From Kiritimatiellia bacterium (GTDB taxonomy: Bacteria; Verrucomicrobiota; Kiritimatiellia; RFP12; UBA1067), in contig JAKSOZ010000005.1 of assembly GCA_024405265.1 (NCBI GenBank), positions 11,618 through 75,617 of the forward strand: DNA of 64,000 nucleotides. The letters run 5' to 3'. Shown piece after piece: positions 18,242 to 27,792 of this stretch. The position numbers and the translations under genes were made by a program. A model generated the notes under the pieces. That model saw only the letters and a list, made by a program, of their open reading frames with translations, was not told the origin of the DNA and did no database searches. The stretch's first letter is position 1. Each line of letters opens with the position of its first letter.

Positions 18242-19660
18242 ATGTCGGTAATTTTAGCTTCTGAACGTAAATCTTTCAAAGCGCGAGTCATGCTCGCGAT
18301 CATCTATTCGGCGCTCACGCTCGGCGCGGTGACGATGATCTATCCTTTCGCGGTAATGCTCGCCGCCTCCGGCTCCAGCGGCTACGATTATCAGCGCCAC
18401 TCCCCTTTCATAACCGGTCTTACCGACCGTTCCGACCGTTTCATGCGCTCAATCAGCTCATACTTCCGCGCGTTCCCACGCGCGCTTTATCCTGACGCGC
18501 CGGAATCTTGGACGACTTGGGTGAATGTCGCGAAGGATCGAGAAGGAATAACGACTTTCGCCGCTAGAGAACTCGCCGCGTTCGATAATTCCGAGTCGAG
18601 AACCGCCGCGCGAGAATACTTGAAGAGCCTTTCGAATCGCGACATAAATGAACTCGGTTGCAATTACGATGCGAGAGACGTAGCCAGATTCTTGAAGGCG
18701 AAATATTCATCGATCGATAAGCTCAATCAAACCTGGCCGGTACCATATCGTTCGTTCTTCGATGTTTCCTTCTCAGCGGAACTTAAAGCGAATCAGCGGC
18801 GTCTACCCTCAAACGGAGACAAGGCCGAATCTTGGAGAGAATTCAAAGCGTGGTATTTAAAGCGAGCGATCGCGAGCGATGATTTCGTATCGCGTACGCT
18901 TCCTGTCGAGCTCGAAAAAGAGCGTGAGGAGATTCGCCGCGCTTTGGCAGTGCAATTTCTAGAGCATGGATGGCGCGATTTCGTACACAGTCTCTTCGCA
19001 AATTATCGTATGGTCTTCGATTTTCTCTTCTTTCGAGGACGCGCTTTCGTCAATACGATCATTCTCGTAGTCCTCTCGGTTCTTTCTTCGCTTACCGTGA
19101 ACCCGCTCGCCGCCTATGCTTTAAGTCGCTTCAATCTAAAGGCGACGGAAAGCATCATTCTATTTCTTTTGGCGACGATGGCGTTCCCCGCGGCAGTTAC
19201 GGCGATTCCGGGATTCTTGCTGATTCGTGATCTCGGAATGCTCAATACTTTCGCCGCGCTTATCCTCCCCACAATCGCGAGCGGTATGTCGATTTTCATC
19301 TTGAAGGGATTCTTCGACGCCTTGCCGCGTGAGCTTTACGAAGCCGCCTCCATCGACGGTGCAAGCGAATGGACGGTATTCACGCGAATCACGCTGCCGA
19401 TGACGACGCCGATTTTAGCGGTAAATGCCTTGAATTCGTTCATTCACGCATATTCGTCGTGGGAGTGGGCGTTTCTCGTTTGCCAAAAGGAATCTCACTG
19501 GACGCTGGCGGTTTGGATGTACCAAATGTCGCAAACCTTCGCGCATCAGCCGTGGTGCGTGATGGCAGGATTCGTAGTCGTTTCGATTCCTACCGCTGTC
19601 GTCTTTCTGGTTTGTCAGAAAGTGATTCTAAAGGGAATCGTACTTCCCTCAATGAAGTGA
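18242..19660 (+). CDS. Carbohydrate ABC transporter permease (MalG-like) with large periplasmic insertion
   Basis: EAA motif ELYEAASIDGASEWTVFTRITLPMTTP; AAYALSRF; N-terminal TM helix followed by a ~200-aa soluble insertion. Confidence 0.9.
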   Translation: MSVILASERKSFKARVMLAIIYSALTLGAVTMIYPFAVMLAASGSSGYDYQRHSPFITGLTDRSDRFMRSISSYFRAFPRALYPDAPESWTTWVNVAKDREGITTFAARELAAFDNSESRTAAREYLKSLSNRDINELGCNYDARDVARFLKAKYSSIDKLNQTWPVPYRSFFDVSFSAELKANQRRLPSNGDKAESWREFKAWYLKRAIASDDFVSRTLPVELEKEREEIRRALAVQFLEHGWRDFVHSLFANYRMVFDFLFFRGRAFVNTIILVVLSVLSSLTVNPLAAYALSRFNLKATESIILFLLATMAFPAAVTAIPGFLLIRDLGMLNTFAALILPTIASGMSIFILKGFFDALPRELYEAASIDGASEWTVFTRITLPMTTPILAVNALNSFIHAYSSWEWAFLVCQKESHWTLAVWMYQMSQTFAHQPWCVMAGFVVVSIPTAVVFLVCQKVILKGIVLPSMK

Positions 19661-20560
19661 TTCGGCGTTCGACTGAATCGCAGCGGTAAGAACGTACTTT
19701 TCGCCCGGCTGAAGCGACTGACCTTCAGGCCAGTTGGAGACGGGTTCGACGCAGACGAACTTCGACCAGTCATCACTTTCAAAGTCCTTCATCGTCGCAC
19801 CCTCTCCGGGATTCCAAATAACGAGCTTCGTATTGCCGCTCGAAACGAGCGCGATACCCCTTTTGAGCTTGTTATCGAGGATGGCGAATTCATGCTTAAG
19901 ATCGGCCAAAGGGAGACGGAAGATATGGTCGGTCGCATGATCCATAACGAGATCGTGAGTCTGGTGGTCATTAGGATTTCCGTCGACACCATTGAAGAAA
20001 TCGAGCCCGCTAGTACCCGCTATCGTCGCATTATCACGATGAGAAACGCGGAAGTAAGGATGGAAACCGCAGGAGAAATCGAAGGGAGTTTCGTCCTTAT
20101 TGGTCGTCGTGAGCTTAAGATTTAGCTTCATCGAGACGGAAACCTTGAACTCGAGATCGAACTTGTGAGGCCACATCTTCATCGTCTCTTCATTCGACTT
20201 AAGCCCCAAGGTGATTTCGGTCATATCTTCCGAGTATTCCGTTCCCCGCACATCGAAGACGAGAAGCTTCGCGAAACCATGCTGAGGAAGATCCTTCGAG
20301 AACTTGTTGCCGAACTGAGGCCAGCAAACGGGAATGCCGCCATGAAAGCTTTCGCCGCGATTATAGTCACGCTTCGCAGGGCGGAAGATTACGGGGAAGT
20401 GTCCGGTCGGGCGATAAGAAAGCACATTGCCACCGAGAAGCGCGATTTCCGCCGCGCCATACTTGTTGGCAATCACGACTTCGGGATAACCCGCGAAACC
20501 TTCGTGGAAAACGATGCGACCGGGAGCGCCGAAGCGCGCGTTGAGCTGATCGATAGTCAT
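19649..20560 (-). CDS. D-hexose-6-phosphate mutarotase (aldose 1-epimerase family, YeaD-like)
   Basis: GGIPVCWPQFG, QHGFA, FHPYF, FVCVEP. Confidence 0.88.
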   Translation of the reverse strand: MTIDQLNARFGAPGRIVFHEGFAGYPEVVIANKYGAAEIALLGGNVLSYRPTGHFPVIFRPAKRDYNRGESFHGGIPVCWPQFGNKFSKDLPQHGFAKLLVFDVRGTEYSEDMTEITLGLKSNEETMKMWPHKFDLEFKVSVSMKLNLKLTTTNKDETPFDFSCGFHPYFRVSHRDNATIAGTSGLDFFNGVDGNPNDHQTHDLVMDHATDHIFRLPLADLKHEFAILDNKLKRGIALVSSGNTKLVIWNPGEGATMKDFESDDWSKFVCVEPVSNWPEGQSLQPGEKYVLTAAIQSNAESLH

Positions 20561-21729
20561 AGTGCTTTCCTTAATATGAGACCTTTAAGATATTGCCCTT
20601 CGGGGAAGGAAATCGAAACGGGATGATCGTCGGCCTGGAGCGTGCGAGCGAGAATCCTGAAACTCGCTTTGGCGTCTGCGGCCGCTTCGGAAACGACTTT
20701 ATCGAAGAGATCCGATGTCATAGCGCTCGAGCAAGAGAACGTCGCCAAAATCCCGCCGGGCTTAAGAAGCTTCATCGCAAGAAGATTGATATCTTTGTAA
20801 CCTCGCGCGGCCTTCATGACTTGGGACTTCGACTCGGCGAACTTCGGAGGATCGAGAACGATAGTATCGAAGCTCTTCCCCTGATCGCGGCAAGCGCGAA
20901 GGAACTTGAAGACATCCGCTTCTTCGAACGTCATCTTCTCTTCGGGGCACGCGTTAAGCGCCATGATTTCACGACCACGCTTCAAAGCTTCGGCGGAGAC
21001 ATCGACTTGAAGAACATGCGTTACCGCCGCGTTTTTCGCCGCGTAATGCCCGAACCCTCCCGTATAGGAAAAGCAATTGAGCACTTTCCCGAAAGCGTAT
21101 TCACCTACCGCCTTACGCGCAGCACGTTGATCGAGATAATAGCCGGTCTTGTGACCCTTGCGAACATCGATAAGGAACTTGACGCCGCTTTCCTCGATTT
21201 CAATCGTTTCAGGTGGTTCGCTACCGGCAAGAAAAGCAAAACCGCCGACCTCGAGCCCTTCTTTCGCGCGAACTTCGACGTCGCTACGCTCGGAAACGCT
21301 CTTCGCGCCTGATTCCATTAAGGTCTCGACGATAAGCGCTTGGGTGTCCGCGGCAAATTTGCTCGTAAGCTGGAGAACGACGTGTCCCGCATAAGCGTCG
21401 GCTACGAGACCGGGAAGATCGTCATTCTCGGCATTGATAAGGCGACGCGCTTGGGAGGATGAGAAATCATACTTTCGCGAGGAAACCGCCTCAAGAATCT
21501 TCGCCTTAAGATAGTCGCGAGTCGGCTCCGCCTTAAAGGAAACTATGCGAACGCGAATTTGGGACGAGGGGCTATTAAAGCCGAAGCCGAGGCGCTCCCC
21601 ATTAAAGGAAACAACCTCGACCATTTCGGGCTTGGACGACTCGGAAGTTTTAATCGCTCCCGAGAAGATCCAAGGATGACGGCGCAAGACGGAATGCTCG
21701 CGCCCCTTCTGAAGAACTACCTTCTTCAC
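20557..21729 (-). CDS. rlmI: 23S rRNA m5C1962 methyltransferase RlmI-like (class I SAM, PUA domain)
   Basis: RHPWIFSG, GHKTGYYLDQR, VLNCFSYTGGF, IVLDPPKFA; GTG start overlaps the iorA stop (GTGA). Confidence 0.85.
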   Translation of the reverse strand: MKKVVLQKGREHSVLRRHPWIFSGAIKTSESSKPEMVEVVSFNGERLGFGFNSPSSQIRVRIVSFKAEPTRDYLKAKILEAVSSRKYDFSSSQARRLINAENDDLPGLVADAYAGHVVLQLTSKFAADTQALIVETLMESGAKSVSERSDVEVRAKEGLEVGGFAFLAGSEPPETIEIEESGVKFLIDVRKGHKTGYYLDQRAARKAVGEYAFGKVLNCFSYTGGFGHYAAKNAAVTHVLQVDVSAEALKRGREIMALNACPEEKMTFEEADVFKFLRACRDQGKSFDTIVLDPPKFAESKSQVMKAARGYKDINLLAMKLLKPGGILATFSCSSAMTSDLFDKVVSEAAADAKASFRILARTLQADDHPVSISFPEGQYLKGLILRKAL

Positions 21730-23489
21730 CGGATACGCTTGATCGCGCCGAACTTGCAGACCTGGGAGCACTGCTTGCAACCCGCACAAAGAGTCGGATC
21801 GATCTTCATCTTAAAGAAGCCGGGACGAACCTCTTCGCCACGCGTAATCGCGGGGCAACCGAGCTTGAAGCAAGCTCCACAAGCTTTGCACTTCTCGGAG
21901 TCGGTCTCACAAAGCCCTTCCTTCGTAAGCTTCGCGGCGATACGGCAAGGAGCGTAAGCGACAATCAAAGCGCCTTCGTCATTGTCCATCGCATCGGCAA
22001 GCACCTTCTCGAGTTCGGAGAGATCATCGGCGGAAACCTTGACGACCTTCTTATAGCCGCAGGCCTTCGCGATATCCATAATGTCGGTAACGGGAGCCTC
22101 ATCGCCCTGCAAAGTCTTGCCCGAGCCGGGATTATCCTGATGACCGGTCATGCCCGTAATGCGATTATCGAGAACGACGGTCGTAACGGGAGTGCCGTTA
22201 TAATGAGCGGAGAGGATACCGGTAATACCCGAGTGGAAGAACGTCGAGTCGCCGAGAACCGCGCAGATACGCCCCGTCTTACCCGCCTTCTTCATGCCCG
22301 CAGCATTGCCGATCGAAGCGCCCATACAAATCGTCGAATCCATCGCATTAAGGGGAGGAAACGCGCCGAGAGTATAGCAACCGATATCGCCGGTTACAGT
22401 AGCTTTAAGTTTCGAGAGCGTGTAGAAAACGCCGCGATGACCGCAGCCCGCGCAAAGAACCGGCGGACGAGTCGGGAGCGTCGGATCGGTTGTCGCCGCC
22501 TTCGCTTCGGGGACGTCGCCGATAAGTTCGTGGCGAAGATTCTGGAGGCGGTCGGCATTAAGCTCGAAGATATTGAGCTCGGTCGTATGAGGAGTCACCT
22601 TAAGCCCCATCGCCTTGATCTGATCTTCGAGGAAAGGATCGAGCTCTTCGACGACGACGAGCTTCTCGACCGAATCGGCAAATTTCTTGACGAGCGCCTT
22701 CGGCATCGGGTTCGTCCAACCGAGCTTCAAAATCGAGTACTCGGGGAAGATTTCCTTAACGTACTGATAGGCGACGGCGGAAGTGACAAAACCGAATTCC
22801 TTCTTGCCCTCGATGATCTTATTCAGAGGCGACTCGTTCGATTCCGCTTCCATTGCCGCAGTACGCTTTTCGGCGTTAAGACGATGACCACGCGCGAACA
22901 TCGGAACGGGGATCGTCTTCTTGATGTTCTTGACGTAGGGAATCACTTCATGGGGAGCGGGATTAAAATCGCCGAGATCGACCAAGGAGGAAGAGTGAGA
23001 CGTGCGCGTTGTAAGACGGATAATGACCGGTACTTCGTACTTTTCCGAAAGTTCGAAGGCCTTGATCGTCATGTCATACGCTTCCTGACTGTCGGCGGGC
23101 TCAAGAAGAAGCGCACGCGCGAACTTGGCGAGATTGCGGTTATCTTGCTCGTTCTGAGAAGAGTGCATTCCCGGGTCGTCGGCGGAAATGATGACCATAC
23201 CGCCCGTAGCGCCGACATAGGTGAACGTCATCAAAGGATCCATCGCGACATTTAAGCCCACATGCTTCATCGTAGTCATCGCACGCGCACCCGCCATCGA
23301 AGCACCGATAGCCGTTTCCATCGCGACCTTCTCATTAACCGCCCACTCGCACTTCACGGTAGCCTTGAACTTCGCGAGGTTCTCGAGAATTTCGGTAGAG
23401 GGAGTACCGGGATAAGCGGAAGCGACGATACAACCGGCCTGCGCGGCACCATGCGCTACAGCCTCATTGGCACTAAGGAATTTCTTCAT
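21726..23489 (-). CDS. iorA: Indolepyruvate:ferredoxin oxidoreductase alpha subunit
   Basis: SAYPGTPSTEI, MKHVGLNVAMD, SSQNEQDNR, RPPVLCAGCGHR, GDIGCYTLG, C-terminal 2x ferredoxin CxxCxxCxxxCP. Confidence 0.92.
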   Translation of the reverse strand: MKKFLSANEAVAHGAAQAGCIVASAYPGTPSTEILENLAKFKATVKCEWAVNEKVAMETAIGASMAGARAMTTMKHVGLNVAMDPLMTFTYVGATGGMVIISADDPGMHSSQNEQDNRNLAKFARALLLEPADSQEAYDMTIKAFELSEKYEVPVIIRLTTRTSHSSSLVDLGDFNPAPHEVIPYVKNIKKTIPVPMFARGHRLNAEKRTAAMEAESNESPLNKIIEGKKEFGFVTSAVAYQYVKEIFPEYSILKLGWTNPMPKALVKKFADSVEKLVVVEELDPFLEDQIKAMGLKVTPHTTELNIFELNADRLQNLRHELIGDVPEAKAATTDPTLPTRPPVLCAGCGHRGVFYTLSKLKATVTGDIGCYTLGAFPPLNAMDSTICMGASIGNAAGMKKAGKTGRICAVLGDSTFFHSGITGILSAHYNGTPVTTVVLDNRITGMTGHQDNPGSGKTLQGDEAPVTDIMDIAKACGYKKVVKVSADDLSELEKVLADAMDNDEGALIVAYAPCRIAAKLTKEGLCETDSEKCKACGACFKLGCPAITRGEEVRPGFFKMKIDPTLCAGCKQCSQVCKFGAIKRIR

Positions 23490-23515
23490 TCGACTTTCTC
23501 CAATTAAATTCCGAT

Positions 23516-23589
23516 TGGTTGTCCGGGGTGGATTCGAACCACCTCGAAAGGTATCAAAAACCTCTATGCTGCCATTACATCACCGGACA
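23516..23589 (-). tRNA. tRNA-Gln(TTG)
   Basis: Cloverleaf: acceptor TGTCCGG/CCGGACA, anticodon arm GAGGT-TT TTG AT-ACCTT, T-arm GGTGG-TTCGAAT-CCACC, encoded CCA. Confidence 0.93.
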
Positions 23590-24398
23590 ATAGTGTGAAC
23601 GCATTCGGACCGATAGCCCGCTTTGTTCATCAGCGCCGCAATTTCCTGTCCGCGGCACTCATTAGGGACAAGGCCGAAGACAGTCGACCCGCTGCCGCTC
23701 ATGAGAACTCCCTCGGCTCCGGCCGCTTTCAAAGCTTTCATCGTCTTCACGATTTCAGGATGAAGCGCCTTAGCCGGACTTTCAAGATCGTTCATCAAGG
23801 CCGAAGCCAATTTAGCGATCTCTCCGCTCTCAAGCGATTTCTTGATATTATACAATATTTCCCTGTCTTCGCGCAAGGACGGTTTGCAAGCAGAGTAAAC
23901 TTCTTTCGTGGAGCAAAACACTCCCGGGTTCGCCAAAACCATATAAAGCGGAGGTTTTTCATCAAATTCGACAAGTCTCGTCACGATTTCGCCGCGCCCT
24001 TCCATCAAGACGAATCCACCTAAAACGAGCGAAGGAATATCGGAGCCGATCTTCGCGCCAAGCGCGGCGAGTTCTTCGCGCGTTTTGCCGAGAGCGTAAA
24101 GCTCGTTCAAACCCAGTAGAACCGCCGCCGCATCAGCAGAGCCTCCGCCCAAGCCTCCGCCTACAGGAATCATTTTCTTGACCGAAATCTTCGCACCGAC
24201 TTGAAGCAAGTTCGCCGCCTTTACACAAAGGTCGTCCGGGTACCCGGTATCACTGGTCGTCTCGTTCGCTTTCTCAAGCGTGATTTCATCGTGGAGTGAA
24301 ATCATGGCGACAATCGAGCGGAGGGCATGATAGCCATCCGCTCGTTTACCCAACACTTCAAGCGTCAGGTTTACTTTCGCATACGCGTTAATCTTCAA
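23580..24398 (-). CDS. ispE: 4-diphosphocytidyl-2-C-methyl-D-erythritol kinase
   Basis: AYAKVNLTLEV, KMIPVGGGLGGGSADAAA, GSDIP, MSGSGSTVF; TTG start overlapping the upstream stop; ispE-tRNA-Gln adjacency. Confidence 0.92.
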   Translation of the reverse strand: MKINAYAKVNLTLEVLGKRADGYHALRSIVAMISLHDEITLEKANETTSDTGYPDDLCVKAANLLQVGAKISVKKMIPVGGGLGGGSADAAAVLLGLNELYALGKTREELAALGAKIGSDIPSLVLGGFVLMEGRGEIVTRLVEFDEKPPLYMVLANPGVFCSTKEVYSACKPSLREDREILYNIKKSLESGEIAKLASALMNDLESPAKALHPEIVKTMKALKAAGAEGVLMSGSGSTVFGLVPNECRGQEIAALMNKAGYRSECVHTIVR

Positions 24399-25464
24399 TT
24401 TCGAGATCTTCGTCGTCGATATCACCGTCGGTTTCGTCCGCGCCACCGAAGCCGCCATTCATCATCGCCATCATGAACACGGTGTTGGCGGCGCCGGAGA
24501 TTGCCTTGATTTCATCGGCGGAAATTCGATAGTGAACCGCTAAGGTATCATCGGAAACGCGCTTCACCGCGCCACCGATACCGGCCTTGCCCTCAGCAGG
24601 AAGTTGCATGAGTATCATCGACGCAGTGGTCTTCATGTCAGGATCTTCGATCGCCGATATAACGGCAGGCGCGAGCGTCTTCACAAGGCTGTAAATCGAA
24701 ACGAAACTGACGGCCAAGACATCTTCTTCCATATACTCTGGAAGCGTCGCCGCGAAACGATTTTTCGCATTCATCGACGGCTTAAAGCCCTTGAACGCGA
24801 GCGCGAGATTAGCGCCGTTATACTTCTCCATGAACTTCTTGGAGAAATCCTCGGCCTTCTTTTGCCAATCCATCTCGTCTTTCTGCTCACTGAGCGCTTT
24901 AAGCTTCTCTATCTCATTCTTGACATCGATCGTAATCGTCTTCGAGCACTCAACGCCACCTTGCGAAAACGCAAGCGCGTTCTCATCGATCGTGTTCACT
25001 TGAGCGAGCTTGAAGGCCTTCATTTCATTGATCTTAGCAAGAACTTCGCCTCCCACCTTAATCGTTCCTTTCGCTTCCAAGCCGAGCTTGGTAACGGAAT
25101 AAACGACCTCCGTCTCGCCGATGGAACCGACATAGTCCGCGCTGTTTTCGCTCTTCTCGAAAAGCTTATCGAAAAACTCGGGCATGACTTTAACGCGCAT
25201 CAACGCGCCGCTCTTCAAAGTCGAGTCAACGACAAAACCCGCTTTCTCAGGATTGAACTGCAAGGCCTGCGCACCCAAGAATCCCCCGACGAGAGGATTA
25301 CCGGTTATAGACCCTAGCGTCATGGCCGCCATCTGAAGCTCAGGCTTTTCAGCAACAGAGACCTTTACATACTTCGCAAAATCAAGGTCTTCGCAAGTGT
25401 TCTGAGCCTTGGCAAACAGCGTCGCGGTAACCGCGAACGCAAGAATCAACGTTTTACGAATCAT
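24388..25464 (-). CDS. Hypothetical exported protein with acidic C-terminal tail
   Basis: Signal peptide MIRKTLILAFAVTATLFAKA; coupled (ATGA) to the upstream aminotransferase; codon usage like its neighbours. Confidence 0.75.
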   Translation of the reverse strand: MIRKTLILAFAVTATLFAKAQNTCEDLDFAKYVKVSVAEKPELQMAAMTLGSITGNPLVGGFLGAQALQFNPEKAGFVVDSTLKSGALMRVKVMPEFFDKLFEKSENSADYVGSIGETEVVYSVTKLGLEAKGTIKVGGEVLAKINEMKAFKLAQVNTIDENALAFSQGGVECSKTITIDVKNEIEKLKALSEQKDEMDWQKKAEDFSKKFMEKYNGANLALAFKGFKPSMNAKNRFAATLPEYMEEDVLAVSFVSIYSLVKTLAPAVISAIEDPDMKTTASMILMQLPAEGKAGIGGAVKRVSDDTLAVHYRISADEIKAISGAANTVFMMAMMNGGFGGADETDGDIDDEDLEIED

Positions 25465-26735
25465 TTCCGGAGGTCCTTTATGGCGTAATAAACATTAGTG
25501 AAAAGCGTTTCAAGCTTCGCTTTCGGAACGGTCGAGAACGCGAGACGAATGAGCCCCGAAAGCATGATCGTTCCTGTCGAATACTTCTCGATCAAGTGCT
25601 TACGGACCTTCTCGGCGTCGACCTTAACGGGCTTCACGCACATGAAGTAACCCGAGTTGAACGGCATTGCCTCGAAGGCTTCCTTAAATTCGGGATGCGT
25701 AGCGAAAATACGGCGAATCTCAAGATAGCGCGATTTCAAAACTTCGTACTTCTCGGCCTTCTGTTTGTCATAATCGGGGTCGGCAAAAGCGGCAATCGCG
25801 AGATGCTGACCAAGCGAGGACGCGTTCGAAATCGCAGAACGGACATTACCCGCAGCCTTAGCTTCAAGCGCCTTGAGTTGGGCCTCAGTAGCACCCTTGA
25901 AAGCGAACGAGATGAAGCCGACGCGAAGGCCCCAGACGTAATCTTCTTTCGTCGTACCGTCGAGCTTAACGGCAAGAACGTTCTTATGAAGATCGGAAAA
26001 CTCCGCAAAGAGCGATTCGCCGTGAATACCCTCTTCGTAAACGAGTCCAAAGTAAGCGTCATCGCAAATGACGACGATCTTCTTTCCCTTCGACGCGGCG
26101 GCTTTAACGGCGGAAACGATTTTCTTGGCGTCCTCAACAGTCGCGGTGTAACCGGTCGGATTATTCGGGAAATTCAGGATAAGAATCTTTTTCTCACCGT
26201 CTTTAAGAAGCGCTTCTTTCATCGCCGCAGCATCGAAAGCGCCCTTCTTGAAGGTGTTGAAGTGCTCGACCTTACAACCGACGGCTTCTTTGAAAACGAG
26301 TTCATAGTTATCCCAGAAGAGATCGGGGGTAACGAGCGTATCTTTCTTGTTAGCGAAAAGTTCAGCGCAGATACGAATGCCATGAGTAAGCGCGTTCGTG
26401 ACGACCGGATTCGAGAAAGTCTTACCTTTAAGCGAAGGATTCTTCTTCACTTCCATCGCCTTCCACTGCTCGCGGAGCTTGGGAAGACCGAACGAACCCG
26501 CATAAAGGAAAGCCTTCTTATCAAGATTCAAGTTCTTCTTGAACGAATCCATCACCAACGGAGAGCCATCCTCCTCGAAAGCCATTCCGATCGTAGCGTT
26601 GATATCGCAAGTCTTCGCTTCCGCGCCCTGACCCAAAATGCCGCCATAGGGGAAATACATGCGCTTACCTGCGTCCGAAAGGAAATCCGCCGCGCTACCT
26701 AGAGTTTCGTTCAAACCGATTGCAAGTTTATTCAT
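25461..26735 (-). CDS. PLP-dependent aminotransferase class I/II
   Basis: NFPNNPTGY, DDAYFGL, KLDGTTKE (PLP Lys), WGLRVGF. Confidence 0.9.
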   Translation of the reverse strand: MNKLAIGLNETLGSAADFLSDAGKRMYFPYGGILGQGAEAKTCDINATIGMAFEEDGSPLVMDSFKKNLNLDKKAFLYAGSFGLPKLREQWKAMEVKKNPSLKGKTFSNPVVTNALTHGIRICAELFANKKDTLVTPDLFWDNYELVFKEAVGCKVEHFNTFKKGAFDAAAMKEALLKDGEKKILILNFPNNPTGYTATVEDAKKIVSAVKAAASKGKKIVVICDDAYFGLVYEEGIHGESLFAEFSDLHKNVLAVKLDGTTKEDYVWGLRVGFISFAFKGATEAQLKALEAKAAGNVRSAISNASSLGQHLAIAAFADPDYDKQKAEKYEVLKSRYLEIRRIFATHPEFKEAFEAMPFNSGYFMCVKPVKVDAEKVRKHLIEKYSTGTIMLSGLIRLAFSTVPKAKLETLFTNVYYAIKDLRK

Positions 26736-27775
26736 TGTTTCTTATCGACCTTGGATTTGAAAATAAAACGTTTTTGAAGCTTGTAGCTCAAGAAAAAGAG
26801 TACCGACTCGACCACGATTTTGATAAGCGTAATCGAAACGCCGCGAAAATCGATCGCAGCAGCCATCGATTGAGTAAAAGCATAACTGAACGCTCCCATT
26901 AAGAGAACGAGCATCCAATATTGGACGAAACTGCGTTTCACGCGTCCCTTGGTCTTGAAAACGACAAGCCGATTGTAAAGATAGTTGAAGTTAGAGCTGA
27001 CTAAGCGAGCGATGATAAGCGAAATAAGCGTATACTCTTTTCTCACCATCCCCGTGCCGTCAAGGATTCCGATCGCCACGGCAAAAGCGACGTTATCGAG
27101 AACGAAACTCGCTACCGAAGAAACGCAAAACTGGATAAGCGAGCGATAAATCCGAATCGTATCGAGAAGCGGATTGAAGTGGCTCGTCGCGTTACCTTCG
27201 ATATAGATCGTTTCGATACCGACTTGAACGGGGCGAGAGAGATGATGCTTACAATCGGCAAGCATCGCCATCTCGTATTCATAGCGATCTCCGGGGATCG
27301 CGGCGACACGGGGAAGAAGCTCTTTAGGAATGCCGCGAAGTCCTGTTTGAGTATCGCGGATCATGAGCCCCGTCATAAAGAAAAAGACCCAACGCGTCCA
27401 AGTATTACCGAAAAGGCTTCTGAACGGAACCTTACCGGAGAACTCTCGCACGCCAAGCACCAGACCCTCTCGCTGAAATTTGAGAGCGTCAGCGACTTTC
27501 GCGATATCGTCCGGGGTATGCTGACCGTCCGCATCGGCAGTAATCACATCATCATTCTTGATATGATTAAAGCCGGTCTTCAAGGCAGCACCCTTGCCAC
27601 GATTTTGCTCATGTACTAAAAGCGCGTCCACCTTGGAACGCGCTTCGACGAAAATATCCTTTCCGACAGTGGAACCATCATCCACGAGCACAATATGCTC
27701 GAAGCGCCCTTGAAGCTCATCAAGAAGCTTCAAGAGCTTTTCGTCAGGATTGTAAGCCGGGATGAGGATCGTCAA
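26732..27775 (-). CDS. Bifunctional glycosyltransferase family 2 / GtrA-like flippase
   Basis: LIPAYNPD, VDDGS, NRGKGAALKTG, TADADGQH, DTQTGLR, then four TM helices (SSNFNYLYNRLVVF). Confidence 0.9.
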   Translation of the reverse strand: MTILIPAYNPDEKLLKLLDELQGRFEHIVLVDDGSTVGKDIFVEARSKVDALLVHEQNRGKGAALKTGFNHIKNDDVITADADGQHTPDDIAKVADALKFQREGLVLGVREFSGKVPFRSLFGNTWTRWVFFFMTGLMIRDTQTGLRGIPKELLPRVAAIPGDRYEYEMAMLADCKHHLSRPVQVGIETIYIEGNATSHFNPLLDTIRIYRSLIQFCVSSVASFVLDNVAFAVAIGILDGTGMVRKEYTLISLIIARLVSSNFNYLYNRLVVFKTKGRVKRSFVQYWMLVLLMGAFSYAFTQSMAAAIDFRGVSITLIKIVVESVLFFLSYKLQKRFIFKSKVDKKQ

Positions 27776-27792
27776 GTTCGGAATCCTTCCTC

